Shown: piece after piece, positions 1 through 10,602 of the stretch
How positions within the stretch are numbered: position 1 is the stretch's first letter
Layout: each line of letters opens with the position of its first letter
Assembly (NCBI GenBank): GCA_024137785.1
Contig: JAHRHZ010000002.1
Span: forward strand, 5,928,008 to 5,992,007
Length of the DNA: 64,000 bases
Direction: 5' to 3'
DNA from: Ginglymostoma cirratum
Lineage: Eukaryota
The notes under the pieces: model-generated
Told to the model about the DNA's origin: nothing
The model's database searches: none
Seen by the model: the letters and a program-made list of their open reading frames with translations, nothing else
Program-made: the position numbers and the translations under genes

Positions 1-53
1 TCCTTCACAGATGCTGCCAGACCTGCTGAGCTTTTCCAGCAACTTTGTTTTTG
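1..53 (+). mobile_element. Penelope-like terminal repeat fragment
   Basis: cacagatgctgccagacctgctgagcttttccagcaactttgtttttgt; same sequence as the termini at 1105-1150, 30690-30735 and 51847-51895. Confidence 0.75.
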
Positions 54-1048
54 TACTTTCCACTTACACCTTGTTGACACCATTCAGGATCAGATACACT
101 TTAATCACATCACTCCTCTAAACTCCAGTGGAAGCAAGTCCAGCCTTTCCAGCCTGTCCTCATAAGCCATACCATTCATTCCAAGTATTAAGCTAGTCAA
201 CCTCCTGCGAGCCCCTTCCAACACATACAGATCCTTCCTTAACTAAGGGGACTAAAACTGCACACTATTCTGATATCATCTCACCAGCATCTGTACAATT
301 GAAACACAACATTCTTAACTTTATGCCCAATCCATCTCATAATAGAGGGTAACATCCTGTTAGCCTTCTTGATTACATACCATACCTATATTCTAACTTT
401 TTGTGATTCATGCAGTACAGCACCTAAATCCCCTGCATCTTGAAATTCCACAGTCATTTTCTGTTTATGAAATACTCCGCATTTTCATTATTCTTGCCAA
501 AGTGAGCAACTTCGCACTTTCCAGGTTTTGCACGATCTCAGCCTATTTCAATCTGACCGCAACCTCCAATATCTTCTGCAGAAGACCTTTCCTACGTATC
601 CTGGCATCATTTGTGAGTTTAGTTACCATGCTTTCACTTCATTTATCTAAGCCATTGATCAAAATTATAGATGGTTGATGCCCTGAATAGATTCCTGCAG
701 GTCTCCACTCATCATATTCTGCCAATCGGACAAAGACTTATTTATGCATACCTTCACAATATTTATGTTCATCCTGTAATGTGATACCCGTAACTGAACA
801 TAATACTTGAAATGGAATCTAACTAGAGCTTTTTATAAATGTAATGTAATTTCCTTTGTATTGAACCTCTTTGACAGAAAGACCAACATTCCATTTGGCT
901 TTTAAATTGTTTTCTACCCTTCTACTAACTTTTAGGTCAGTTCTATGTATTGATTCATAAATCTTTCCAGTTATCCAGTTCCTAACTTCTCACAATTTCA
1001 AAAATACTTTTTCTTAAGATTAAAATGATGAGTTCATGTTTCCGAAAG

Positions 1049-1150
1049 TTCATGTTTCTGAGGAAGGGTCACCGAACCCGAAACGTTAACTCTGTTTTCT
1101 CCTCCACAGATGCTGCCAGACCTGCTGAGCTTTTCCAGCAACTTTGGTTT
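1049..1150 (+). mobile_element. Penelope-derived mini-element with a hammerhead core
   Basis: CTGAGGA-A-GGGTC-ACCG-AACCC-GAAACGTT at 1058-1087; 12-bp direct repeat tgtttccgaaag at 1037-1048 and 1151-1162. Confidence 0.75.
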
Positions 1151-1828
1151 TGTTTCCGAAAGCACTGTTTTGTCTACTCACTTGATCTATCAATGTTCCT
1201 GTATAACTCTTTATTCCCATCAACAGTATTTCCCACATCATATAACTTAGTGCCTTCGGCAAGCTTGGATAGCTATTCCTTCACTTAAGTTGCTCATTAA
1301 TGCAATAAAAAGCTAAGGCCCCAGTTTATACCCATACAGAAAACCACTAATTACACCCTGACAGTTTAAATTTAACTACATTATCTGTACTGTCTAATTC
1401 CTAGTTAATCCACTTTTCACATCAGTAGGTTCCTTCAAATTTCAGTGCAATCATATTTTTGCTAGTAGTCTGTGGTGTAGAAATCTTACTGAATGACCAC
1501 TTAAATAGCGTCCAAAGAGTCTTTGTAAGTGTGCCTATGAAAGTACATTTGGGTAAACAAGACATCAATTAATCATGTAAATCCATACTGTCTGTCTCTG
1601 AACAGTTCATAAATAAGTTACAGATAAATGTCATTTATTGTTGGGCAGAGGGGCCAGTACCTGAATGAATAGCAATAAGATTTATTGCTACAAAGGAGAT
1701 TAGTTTCGAATTGCCAAAACCATTGATCCAAATTCCCTCCACAATGATTGAAGTACATTGTAAAACAGAACTTGTGCCATAGATAAAAACAGCCCAATTC
1801 ATGTAATTATTATTTACTTTTTATACAG

Positions 1829-1851
1829 GAAATGAAAAGATTGCCAGGGAG
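1829..1851 (+). CDS. TRIM/B30.2 gene, 23-nt internal exon (after the coiled-coil exons); upstream exons not found in the window
   Basis: ttatacAG|GAAATGAAAAGATTGCCAGGGAG|GTgcgt; encodes EMKRLPGR. A 23-nt phase 0-to-2 exon is characteristic of C-IV TRIM genes, and it joins the next exon in frame across an 87-nt intron. Confidence 0.75.
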
Positions 1852-1938
1852 GTGCGTATGATTAAATCCATATATTTATACATATTGAGCATATGACATT
1901 ATTTTCAGAAATTAAACCAATTTGTAATTCCAATTCAG

Positions 1939-2222
1939 ATGCCTTGTGAGTGAAGAAAGTGAAAGTCAACAAGATGGAGATGATGATGTTGGTGAAGATG
2001 ATGACAAAAGTGAAGATGACAACGATGATGACGACGACAACGAAGATGACGGCGACAATGAAGATGACGACGATGAAAATGAGGGAAGTGATGAAAGAAG
2101 TGAATGTAACTCAGAAGAAAATGGTGAAGATGTGGTGGAATTCAGTGATCTGATACTGGGAATGTTCAGGGGACCTTTGCAGTACGCAATATGGAAGGAA
2201 ATGAAAAAAATCCTCTCTCCAG
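1939..2222 (+). CDS. TRIM/B30.2 gene, linker exon with a long Asp/Glu tract
   Basis: caattcAG| acceptor and CCAG|GTaaga donor. Ends in the typical pre-PRY motif LILGMFRGPLQYAIWKEMKKILSP; the phase-1 end matches the next exon. Confidence 0.85.
1949..2131 (+). repeat. Imperfect GAT/GAC/GAA coding repeat (37 D/E in 61 codons)
   Basis: Recurrent GAAGATGAC...GACAAY units inside the TRIM linker exon. Confidence 0.9.
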
Positions 2223-2779
2223 GTAAGACATGACCTATTGTTTACCACATGGCACCCATTTGGCGTTATATAAAATGGCTATCATATGTTTGAATTAGGA
2301 TGAAGGATTTGCTGCTTGTGCTGTCTGTGATTTTAAGATTTAGATACTGGGTCCATTGACTTGAATATAATTGATTATTAGGCAGGGTGTATCACAGTTG
2401 GCACGTGGAGTAGACTTACCTGTTTAGCATCATAACATTTAATCTTTACCCTAGGCTGTTCCAAATTCTAATTTCCAGTATCATTTATCTTTTAGGAGCT
2501 CAAAGTTCAAACCTTCTTCATGTAGGAAATTGGTGTAAGGTCATTTTTGCAGTACTGTAAAATAAATGAAAATTAATTTGTCTTGATTGCAAAACAATCC
2601 TGTCTCTGGTGCTGGCATGAACTGGCCATTTGACATCAGCGCACAATTTAGTATTCAGACCTATTGAAGTGAGTTGGTATCTGTAACAGGTTCAGTTCTA
2701 CCCATTTTACACCCAAATTGAATTTCTACATTGAATGAAAATTTCAGGGATATTTATTTATAGTCAGACAGATGGAGCG

Positions 2780-4290
2780 TGGAATCTAATCGCTGCTGTG
2801 GAGAAGGAAGGGGTGAGGGGGATGGGTTTCTGACTAATGTGGGCTATGATGACATTTGTGGTGGAATCAAGTGAAAATTCTGATAAGGCCCCTCCAGCTG
2901 TTGGAATTATCTCATGCATCTTTTATGCTTTTCACAAGCGGCGAGGTGAGTTTTTCACTGGGAAATAGCAAGCATCAAATTAAGAGTGATTAATTGCTTA
3001 TTGATCATCTTGTTAATGGTCCAATGTGCCTATCTTACCAATCTTGCCAAACTAGCTAGACATTGAGAGATTTTGACATGAGAACTGGAGCAGATACCTG
3101 GTGAATGCAGATAGTTCTGAAAGACCGTCATGTTGGATGCCAGGTGCCAACATTTCAGACCATGCTCTGTGGACATGGGCCACGTGTACCTCAGGTCCAC
3201 AGACATTGGCATCTGACATGCTGCAGCAAGGACACTGTGTGCTCAGGGACACAGACCTAGCTCATTGATCAGTCTGTATCTCCGGGCTGTTCGCTCACTG
3301 TCACAGCAGACACTCACTCTGAGCTTCTCTGGACACCCACAGCATCCTTGCCTTGCATTACCTAGCCCTTATCTGCTTTTCCCCCTCTCCCTTAGGTCTT
3401 GCCCTTCCTGTTTAGTGCGGACACAAAGAAAGAAGGCTTAAATGATTGTCAGGAGGCCTCAGTCAAATCAAGGGACTAGCCTTTGCTTCAGGGATCCTGT
3501 CCACACTAAGTCAAGGGTAGCCTCTGATACCTGTCTAGGGGCTTGGAAATGGTCAGCATCAATGAAGAGTCAGTGTTCTCTCCACCAGCCATATTGTGGG
3601 ATGTTTTCTTCCTGGAATGAGAGAGAGGCAGGTATTAAGCAAGATGAAAGTAGGTGACATGGCTGTCACCTTTTGATACAGGTAAGGAGGTGGCCTGAGT
3701 GAGCGAGAAGCCAGTACAGGGTTCATGACATCAGTTGGACTGAGTGACAGCACATAAGAGATGTTGCAGGGAGTGGGTGGGAAGTGTGTTTGGGAGCAGA
3801 GATGGAGTGAGTGTGAGGTGTCGGGGAGAAAATGGTAGCATTTACACTGGCACAATGGATAAGGTCATTGACCTTTCCTCTATATGACTCTGCAATACTC
3901 CAGATTGGCTGAGATTGCTTTAAATTGAGTGGCCAGGCTAGTTCTGGTCTGATGTCCTGTGTCAGCACCACCCCCTCCAGTAGGACCTTCAGGTCCCTGT
4001 ACACAAAGTGGAGCACCAGATTCCCCATGTCTGTCATTTCTGGAGCAAACGTACAGGGCAGTGCTTGTCCTGTTAAGAATGGGCTTTTAATGGTGGCAAT
4101 GGGTACAAGGGATGCTGTTGAATTCTGGGAAATGTGCTGAGTGGTGACTTGTTTTGGGAACAATGCAGGGTAAGATGTGGCTGGAGTTGAATGTGAGGGA
4201 CACTGTAGGTGCAGGGTAGGTAGCTATTGAGGGGAATTTGGTAAGATATGCCGAGAAAACCTGTTAGGCCTCGCCGCGGAATTTCATCCA
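2780..4290 (-). mobile_element. Degenerate Harbinger-like DNA transposon relic with a Myb/SANT-like ORF, in the TRIM intron
   Basis: Minus-strand GNLVLHFVYRDLKVLLEGV...W...YRGKVNDLIHCA resembles the Harbinger-associated Myb/SANT (MSANTD) domain. Boundaries are approximate. Confidence 0.5.
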
Positions 4291-5150
4291 AAAAACCCAA
4301 CGTAACTTAAACTTAGCAAAAATGTCTTTGATTCAGCCCCAGTTTATATTATGCGAGAATGACCAACTCTCAGACTAAAAGTGAATAACCATTACATTAT
4401 AAGTTAGCATGTGTGAAACCTCCTTTTTGAGTCTAAAAGTTCTGGCCCAGATATTAATGCTACATGACAACTTGGATACAGTTCCACTGAATATACTATT
4501 AATAACATAATCACATGATCCCGGTTACTTAGAATTCCCACGACCCAGGGTCAGTCTCAAGTGGTCAATCTATCAAACGATCTCCTGTTGTGTTTTCTGA
4601 CCAATTGACCTAACTGCACTTTGCTGCTGCAGCCACGAAGCATTTACAGTTTTCTTTTTCATACATTTTTCTATCACTGTGCCATATAGGGTAGTATCTA
4701 TCTTTTCGGCAAATGTAAATACTTTTCATTTACATCACTGTCATGTTTGAAGTCATGACAGATGTATTCTCTCTGGACTGTCTTCAAGTTTATCCTTGGC
4801 TGTCTGCAGTCCTTATTTCTGACTCTGTTATCGTTTTTTTGACAGAAACAACAGGGCCCAGTTCTTGAACATAGTGTTTTTTTTACTTAGCAAAAATCTG
4901 ATTCTCAGTTCTTCAGTGAGAATGCCAATTTCTTCTTTGGCGCCTGTCCATGAGATAAGCCGAATACCACAGAACTTCACTGCAATCTTTATGTTCATCA
5001 GTAGGAAAGAAATTAAGGCACAGTTGTGTGTTTCAAAGTGATTAATATGTGAGAAAATAATGCATTGTCTTGCAGAGCTTTAGTGAGTGTGTGTCTGCAT
5101 TGACTTACATGTGTGTAGTTTTTAACTTGTGTAACTTTATTTCTTCCAAG

Positions 5151-5656
5151 CTCCAGCTCCACTGCTTTTTGACCCAAGCACAGCACATTCTCAGCTGATC
5201 GTGTCTGAAGACCAGATGAGCATAGAGCCCAACGGCATGTATGGTTTGGAACATCTTTATGTCCTGGGATCAGAAGGATTTACATTTGGCAAACACTACT
5301 GGGAGGTGGCAGTGGGAGACATCTCTGACTGGCTTATTGGTGTGGCCACTGAGTCAGCCACTGAAGAGGAAATGATGGATCCTCTCCCTGAACATGGCTA
5401 TTGGACTCTGCAATTGAGAAATGGAGATGAATATGAGGCTAATGATACTATTGAACTGAGTGTGAAACCCAAGACCATTGGCGTTTATCTGGATTATGAG
5501 GGAGGTCAGGTGTCATTTTACAATGCTGATGATATGTCTCATCTCTTGACTTACGCTGACACATTCACTGAAACACTCTTTCCGTATTTTGCTCTTCATT
5601 GTAACGATGATGTTGAAAACAATGAGCCTCTTAGGCTGCACCATTTACTAATATGA
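5151..5656 (+). CDS. TRIM/B30.2 gene, terminal exon encoding the PRY-SPRY domain (TRIM39/NF7-like family)
   Basis: ttcttccaAG| acceptor; (A)PAPLLFDPSTAHSQLIVSED...VLGSEGFTFGKHYWEV...IGVYLDYEGGQVSFYNAD...TFTETLFPYF; stop TGA 5654-5656. Candidate AATAAA signals at 6934 and 7262. Confidence 0.92.
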
Positions 5657-7529
5657 GATATTAAGCTATAGAGGTTGATGAGCATGGAAGAGAAATAGAC
5701 ACCTAGATTTTCCACTGAATCAGACACTTGTTATTCCAATGAAGTTGGAAGTTGCACATGGGGGCACCGCCCATTCCCCATTGTAGCACACTGTAGCACA
5801 CTCAACATTCTCCACCCCCTCCCCAGTAAAACCTAGCTCTCACTGGACCTGACCTCTTCCTCCACCCCCTTGCCAGATCCTCCCCTCCAAAACCTGCAGA
5901 CCTTTCTCGTTTCGCAGTCTCCTGGGATTGAACTCCACAAATTTATGCTATCTACCCTGCCCAGCCCCTTCCAGACCCACTGATACTGAGCTACCCCAAA
6001 GACAGCATCCCTTACCTTGCACCCTGGCAACCCAACCCCCTACTGATCTGATATCCCATTCCCTTCCACCTTACTCCGTGTAAAACTTACCTGACACCCT
6101 AGTAACATGGTATTGCAGTCCCTAGTCATCTGGCATTCTACCCTTGCCATGATACACCATCCCCAGCTGGCACCTGACACCCTTTCCGTCATACTCATCT
6201 GACTCCCTATCCTTCCTACACCCTAACATCACGCTTACAGCAGCTGACTGCTATGCCTTCTTCTGACTACTGTGCCCTATGGTCGTACTGTCAGAAAGGA
6301 AGCAGAGCTCTGCATTTCTGAGGAAGGCCTCAGCAGAATAGCCTTTCAGAAATCTGGAGCTCCCTTCTTTCATTAAAAAAATATAGAAGGAGGGATTGGC
6401 ATTCTGCGTGAGATTGCCATCCTTTGGAAAATCTAAATCTTAATTCTGACGCTGCAACTTCAATAATCTTACAATACAGCAGGGAATTAGAACTATCAGC
6501 GTGTGCCTAGTGTGTTCTGTTCAGCGAGAATGATAACACATGGAAAAACACCATTGGTTTAAATCTGTGTAGATCATTTTCAGTACATGGTTTGTAAAAC
6601 AGTCCTGTTGTCTGCTAGCATTTTGCTCCTACTTATTTCTCAATATTCTTGTGACAGTATTTTTCAAGCTTTTGCTGTTCGATGAAGACACTAAATCAAT
6701 TTTTATACAGTGACAATATAATTTCTGATTCATATTCATTCTATTTTTTTTAAAACTGACTAGTTTAGATAGTAAATTTGTGTGTATTTTGAAGAGTTTT
6801 AATCATTTGTTTGTAAGTTATATCAGCAGCAGGAAACACCTTTAAACAACTTCCTGCTTCAGATGAGGAGGATGTGGTTTGGAATTGTACAAATGAGTGA
6901 TGAGAATTTTCTCTCAGTAAAGTAGGTACAAGCAATAAAATATTGATAGGATGTTGGAGAAAGGAATCAAACTAGTCTATGGAAAAGTAGCTCTTTGAAA
7001 CATTATTGTTGAGGGATAATGGACATGAAATCCATTTAAAAACCACTTAAAATATAATTGTGGTGAACAATGAAAAGTCTTGTAGAAAATGTGGAAGAAA
7101 CATGAAGAAAATGTAAAAAAACTCATTTTCCTCTTAAAGTACATTCAACATGGGCACTGTAACTCGATGGAAGTTGTAACAGTTCATTGTAAGTAATTGT
7201 ATAGAATATGCAATTGTGCTACTGCATGTGACTTAATCGTATGTTTAATTACAATATTCTCAATAAATACTTTTTGACATTAATATGTTATGAACCTGTC
7301 CGAGGGAATATAATTTATAAGTAGCGCGCACTCTTCTCCACCTTATATCATTACGATAATTGAAGGTTAAAAATTAGGGCTGATTTTTTTTTTTGATACT
7401 GTGTCTAAGTGTCAATTTAGTCAAATTTTATTCAGGTGAAATCTCCATGATGCGTAGTGAGCTTTCTCACTCTTCTCTCAGCAAATTCGCCTTCATCAAT
7501 TACCTCCCCCACCACTATGGTGCCTCTTC

Positions 7530-7760
7530 ATAGAATAGACTCTCTACAGTGTGGAAGCAGGCCATTTGGTCCATCGAGTCCACACCGACCCCACCCCCCG
7601 CCCCCCGAAAAGCATCCCAACCAAATGAACCCTATTTCCATAATCCCACATTTTCCATGGCTAATCCACATTACGTACAAATCCTGGGCACTATGGGTGA
7701 TTTAGCATGGCCAATCCATCTATCCTGCACATCTTTGGACTGTGGGAGGAAACCGGAACA
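7530..7760 (-). mobile_element. HE1-like SINE, partial (3' half)
   Basis: Reverse complement of the SINE body and tail at 8570-8895 (ctgcacatctttggactgtgggaggaaaccgga). Confidence 0.8.
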
Positions 7761-7779
7761 TCATTTCAGATGCTAGCCC

Positions 7780-8560
7780 AATTCTGCCAGTGGGCATAGA
7801 CCAAAGAACTTGATATTGCCAGGATATCCCAAATGGACCGGCATTGCTGGTGCCATTTTTAAAAAAAAAGCCATTGTGCATCTTCTCAGTTTGGAGCCAC
7901 CCTATGTGGTTCCTGACATTTGCGCTAGATAAGGGAAATTTGGTATCCTCCTTTCCAGACAGGCACCTGAACCTCCTGGTGGATAGGGTAGCATAGAAGA
8001 AGATCATCATCTTCTCGCCAAGGAATGGCAAAGGATGCCACCCTGGTTATGGCGGCCTCAGATCCAGGGGAACACCTAGCAAAGTAGAAAGCAAGTCTGT
8101 GACTTTTTCTGCCCCTCTATGGTAAATACCACGATCTTCTCTCTGCTACTTTTATACTCACCCTAACTCTGCCACCGCACCAATCTCCCTCCAAAGCTCA
8201 TACTCGACCATTCTCACTATTGCATGGAACATCTTCCATTATTTGCTCTCGATAACCTCAACACCTCCACACCACTAACTTTTTGTGACCTCTGCACTGC
8301 CTACCCACTCACCCGGGACAACTCATTACTTTCTCCCCTCACCTCTATCAGCACTATCAGTTGTGCTGCCTGCTTTCATTTCCCTCTCGTCCTGCAAGCA
8401 AATGGCCCAAATTGGAGCACGAGGAGTCAAGAACAGGTGGAGGGCTGTTTATTTAGCTCCTCGCCCCTTACAAGGAGAGTATCCTGACTGTGACTGCCCT
8501 GAGCAGTCAGCTGACTGAATCTGAGCACCTGTACAGGGATTGAAGGCTGCCCTTGAGGTG
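7780..8560 (+). mobile_element. Second Harbinger-like Myb/SANT relic
   Basis: ~7919-8040 reads FALDKGNLVSSFPDRHLNLLVDRVA*KKIIIF, aligning with the relic at ~3850-4060; a later ESRTGGG motif lies near 8425. Confidence 0.45.
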
Positions 8561-8569
8561 CTGCTAGAG

Positions 8570-8895
8570 TAGCATGGTGGCTCAGTGGTTAGCACTGCTG
8601 CTTCATAGCACCTGGATCCTAGGTTCAATTCCACCTTCAGGTGACTGTCTGTGTGAAGTTTGCACATTCTCCCCATATTTCATGGGTTTCCACTGGGTGC
8701 TCTAATTTCCTCCCACAGTCTGAAGATGTGCAGGTTAGGCAGATTGACCGTGCTAAATTGCCCATAGTCTCCAGGGATGTACAGGCTAGGTTTATGAGCC
8801 ATGGGAAATGCAGGGTTGCAGGGATAGTGTAGGTGGGTGTGACTGGGTATGGATTTGATGGGCTGAATGGCCTGATTCCCATGATTCTACGATAC
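8570..8895 (+). mobile_element. HE1-like tRNA-derived SINE
   Basis: A box TGGCTCAGTGG, B box GGTTCAATTCC, central gtgtgaagtttgcacattctcccc, CR1-like tail gatgggctgaatggcct...gattctac. Confidence 0.85.
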
Positions 8896-9478
8896 TGTAC
8901 TAGGAACCCCTGACTGCAGGAGTAGACAGAGCATGGGAGACAGAAAAGATGTTGATGTAAAGAAAAGACAATAACTGTAACTCTTTTGAGGCAGGAGCTG
9001 GGCAGAAGCGAGTTCGGAGTGGAGAGGCTGTTGGGAAGGTAAGTGTTTTGCTATTTAAGCACTTACCTCGAAGCTAGTGGTCCTTTTTAAGTAGATGTGT
9101 TCTAAGCCCCAGGTCCTACACAGTAGGGCCTCCTCTAACCTAATTAAGAGTCCACAGACTTGCAGCAGGAAGAGCGGGAACGTCAATCAGGGGCCTACAG
9201 GAAAGGTGAGTCACTGCTTTAAGATTTAAAAAAACTTACCTCGACCGGCAGAGCCCTCCATTTCTGTTCCAGCAGCAGGAAGAGCGGGAGCTCTAACCAA
9301 GAAGGACACTCGTGTGTTGTTAAGGGAAGGCTTTTCAATTTATATTTCTTGTGTATCGTGAGGTTGATTAGAAGTTTAATTGGTTAATTGAATAAGACCG
9401 TAGCAGAGAAGTACTAGGAATTATTTAATACATAAATTGTAAAAGTTAATTAAATATGTAGTTGGACAGGTTGGACAG

Positions 9479-10423
9479 GTGATGTGCTGTAGCTGTATGA
9501 TGTGGGAGCTGGCTGATCCCATTGTGAATGGCAGCGACCACATCTGCAGCAAGTGTTGGTTGCTGGAAGAACTCCGGATCAGAATTAATGATCTGGAATC
9601 TGAGCTTCAAACTCTGCGGCACTTCCGGGAGGGGGAGAGTTACCTGGACACTTTGTTTCAGGAGGCAGTCATACCCGGTAAATTAAATTCAAATTCAATA
9701 AGTGTTCAGGGACAACAGGGTGTGACTGTAAGTGAGGCAGGTAGGGGGATCTTGAGTTCAGGAGTGCAGGAGCCGCAGCCCTTGACCTTGTCCAACAGGT
9801 GTGAGATTCTTGCTCCCTGTACGGATGAGGGAAAGGGCTGTGGACAGGATGAGCAAGCTGACCACGGCACCATGGTGCAGAAGGCCATTCAAGAGGGGGG
9901 AGCAAAAGGACAAGTAGTTGTTATAGGGGATTCAATAATTAGGGGGACAGATAGTATCCTATGCAGGCCGGATCGGGAGTCCCGCATGGTGTGTTGCCTG
10001 CCCAGTACCAGGGTGCAGGATATCTCTGACCGGCTTGAAAAGATATTGGAGCGGGAATGGGAGGATCCAGTTGTTGTGGTCCATGTTGGGACGAACGACA
10101 TAGGCAAAGCTAGGTTAGAGGACCTGTTCAGGGATTATCAAGCACTAGGAAAGAAATTGAAGTACAGGTCCTCAAGGGTCATAATCTCCGGATTACTGCC
10201 CGAGCCACGTGCCAATTGGCATAGGGATAAGAAAGTTAGGGAAGTAAACACGTGGTTAAGGGCTTGGTGTGGGAAAGAGGGATTCCATTTCATGGGGCAT
10301 TCGCTTCAGTTTTGGAACCGGCGGGATCTGTACCGTTGGGACGGTCTCCACCTGAACCGATCTGGAACCAGTGTTCTAGCGAAAAGAATAAATAGGGTGG
10401 TCAGTAGGACTTTAAACTTCTAA
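9479..10423 (+). CDS. CR1 ORF1p: zinc finger, coiled coil and SGNH/GDSL esterase domain (open frame)
   Basis: CCSCMMW...HICSKC; coiled coil; VVVIGDSIIRG, HVGTNDIG and DGLHLN esterase blocks. Confidence 0.85.
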   Translation: MMCCSCMMWELADPIVNGSDHICSKCWLLEELRIRINDLESELQTLRHFREGESYLDTLFQEAVIPGKLNSNSISVQGQQGVTVSEAGRGILSSGVQEPQPLTLSNRCEILAPCTDEGKGCGQDEQADHGTMVQKAIQEGGAKGQVVVIGDSIIRGTDSILCRPDRESRMVCCLPSTRVQDISDRLEKILEREWEDPVVVVHVGTNDIGKARLEDLFRDYQALGKKLKYRSSRVIISGLLPEPRANWHRDKKVREVNTWLRAWCGKEGFHFMGHSLQFWNRRDLYRWDGLHLNRSGTSVLAKRINRVVSRTLNF

Positions 10424-10602
10424 GTCGGGGGTGGGGGAGGGAAAGCGACAGGGTGTATGGCATTAAATGGAAAGATAAGCAGCAGGATAGCATGTGAGCA
10501 GGTGGGTTTAAGCCCGAGGCAGACTAGGAATGCAGCAAAAAGGAAGGATAACTTAGGTCATTTTATGATTTCCAATAATGATAAGAAAGTTAGCATTAAG
10601 CA

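Noticed and set aside
1950-2153. Met/Thr-rich ORF
   Set aside because: Alternative frame of the acidic repeat in the TRIM exon.
5750-6440. C-rich stretch with recurring ctgacaccct-like motifs in the TRIM 3' region
   Set aside because: No regular period or ORF; probably a decayed repeat that I cannot classify.
8570-8640. tRNA genes here and at 17085, 38400 and 49188
   Set aside because: The A/B boxes are SINE heads followed by the SINE body and a CR1-like tail; they are not stand-alone tRNAs.
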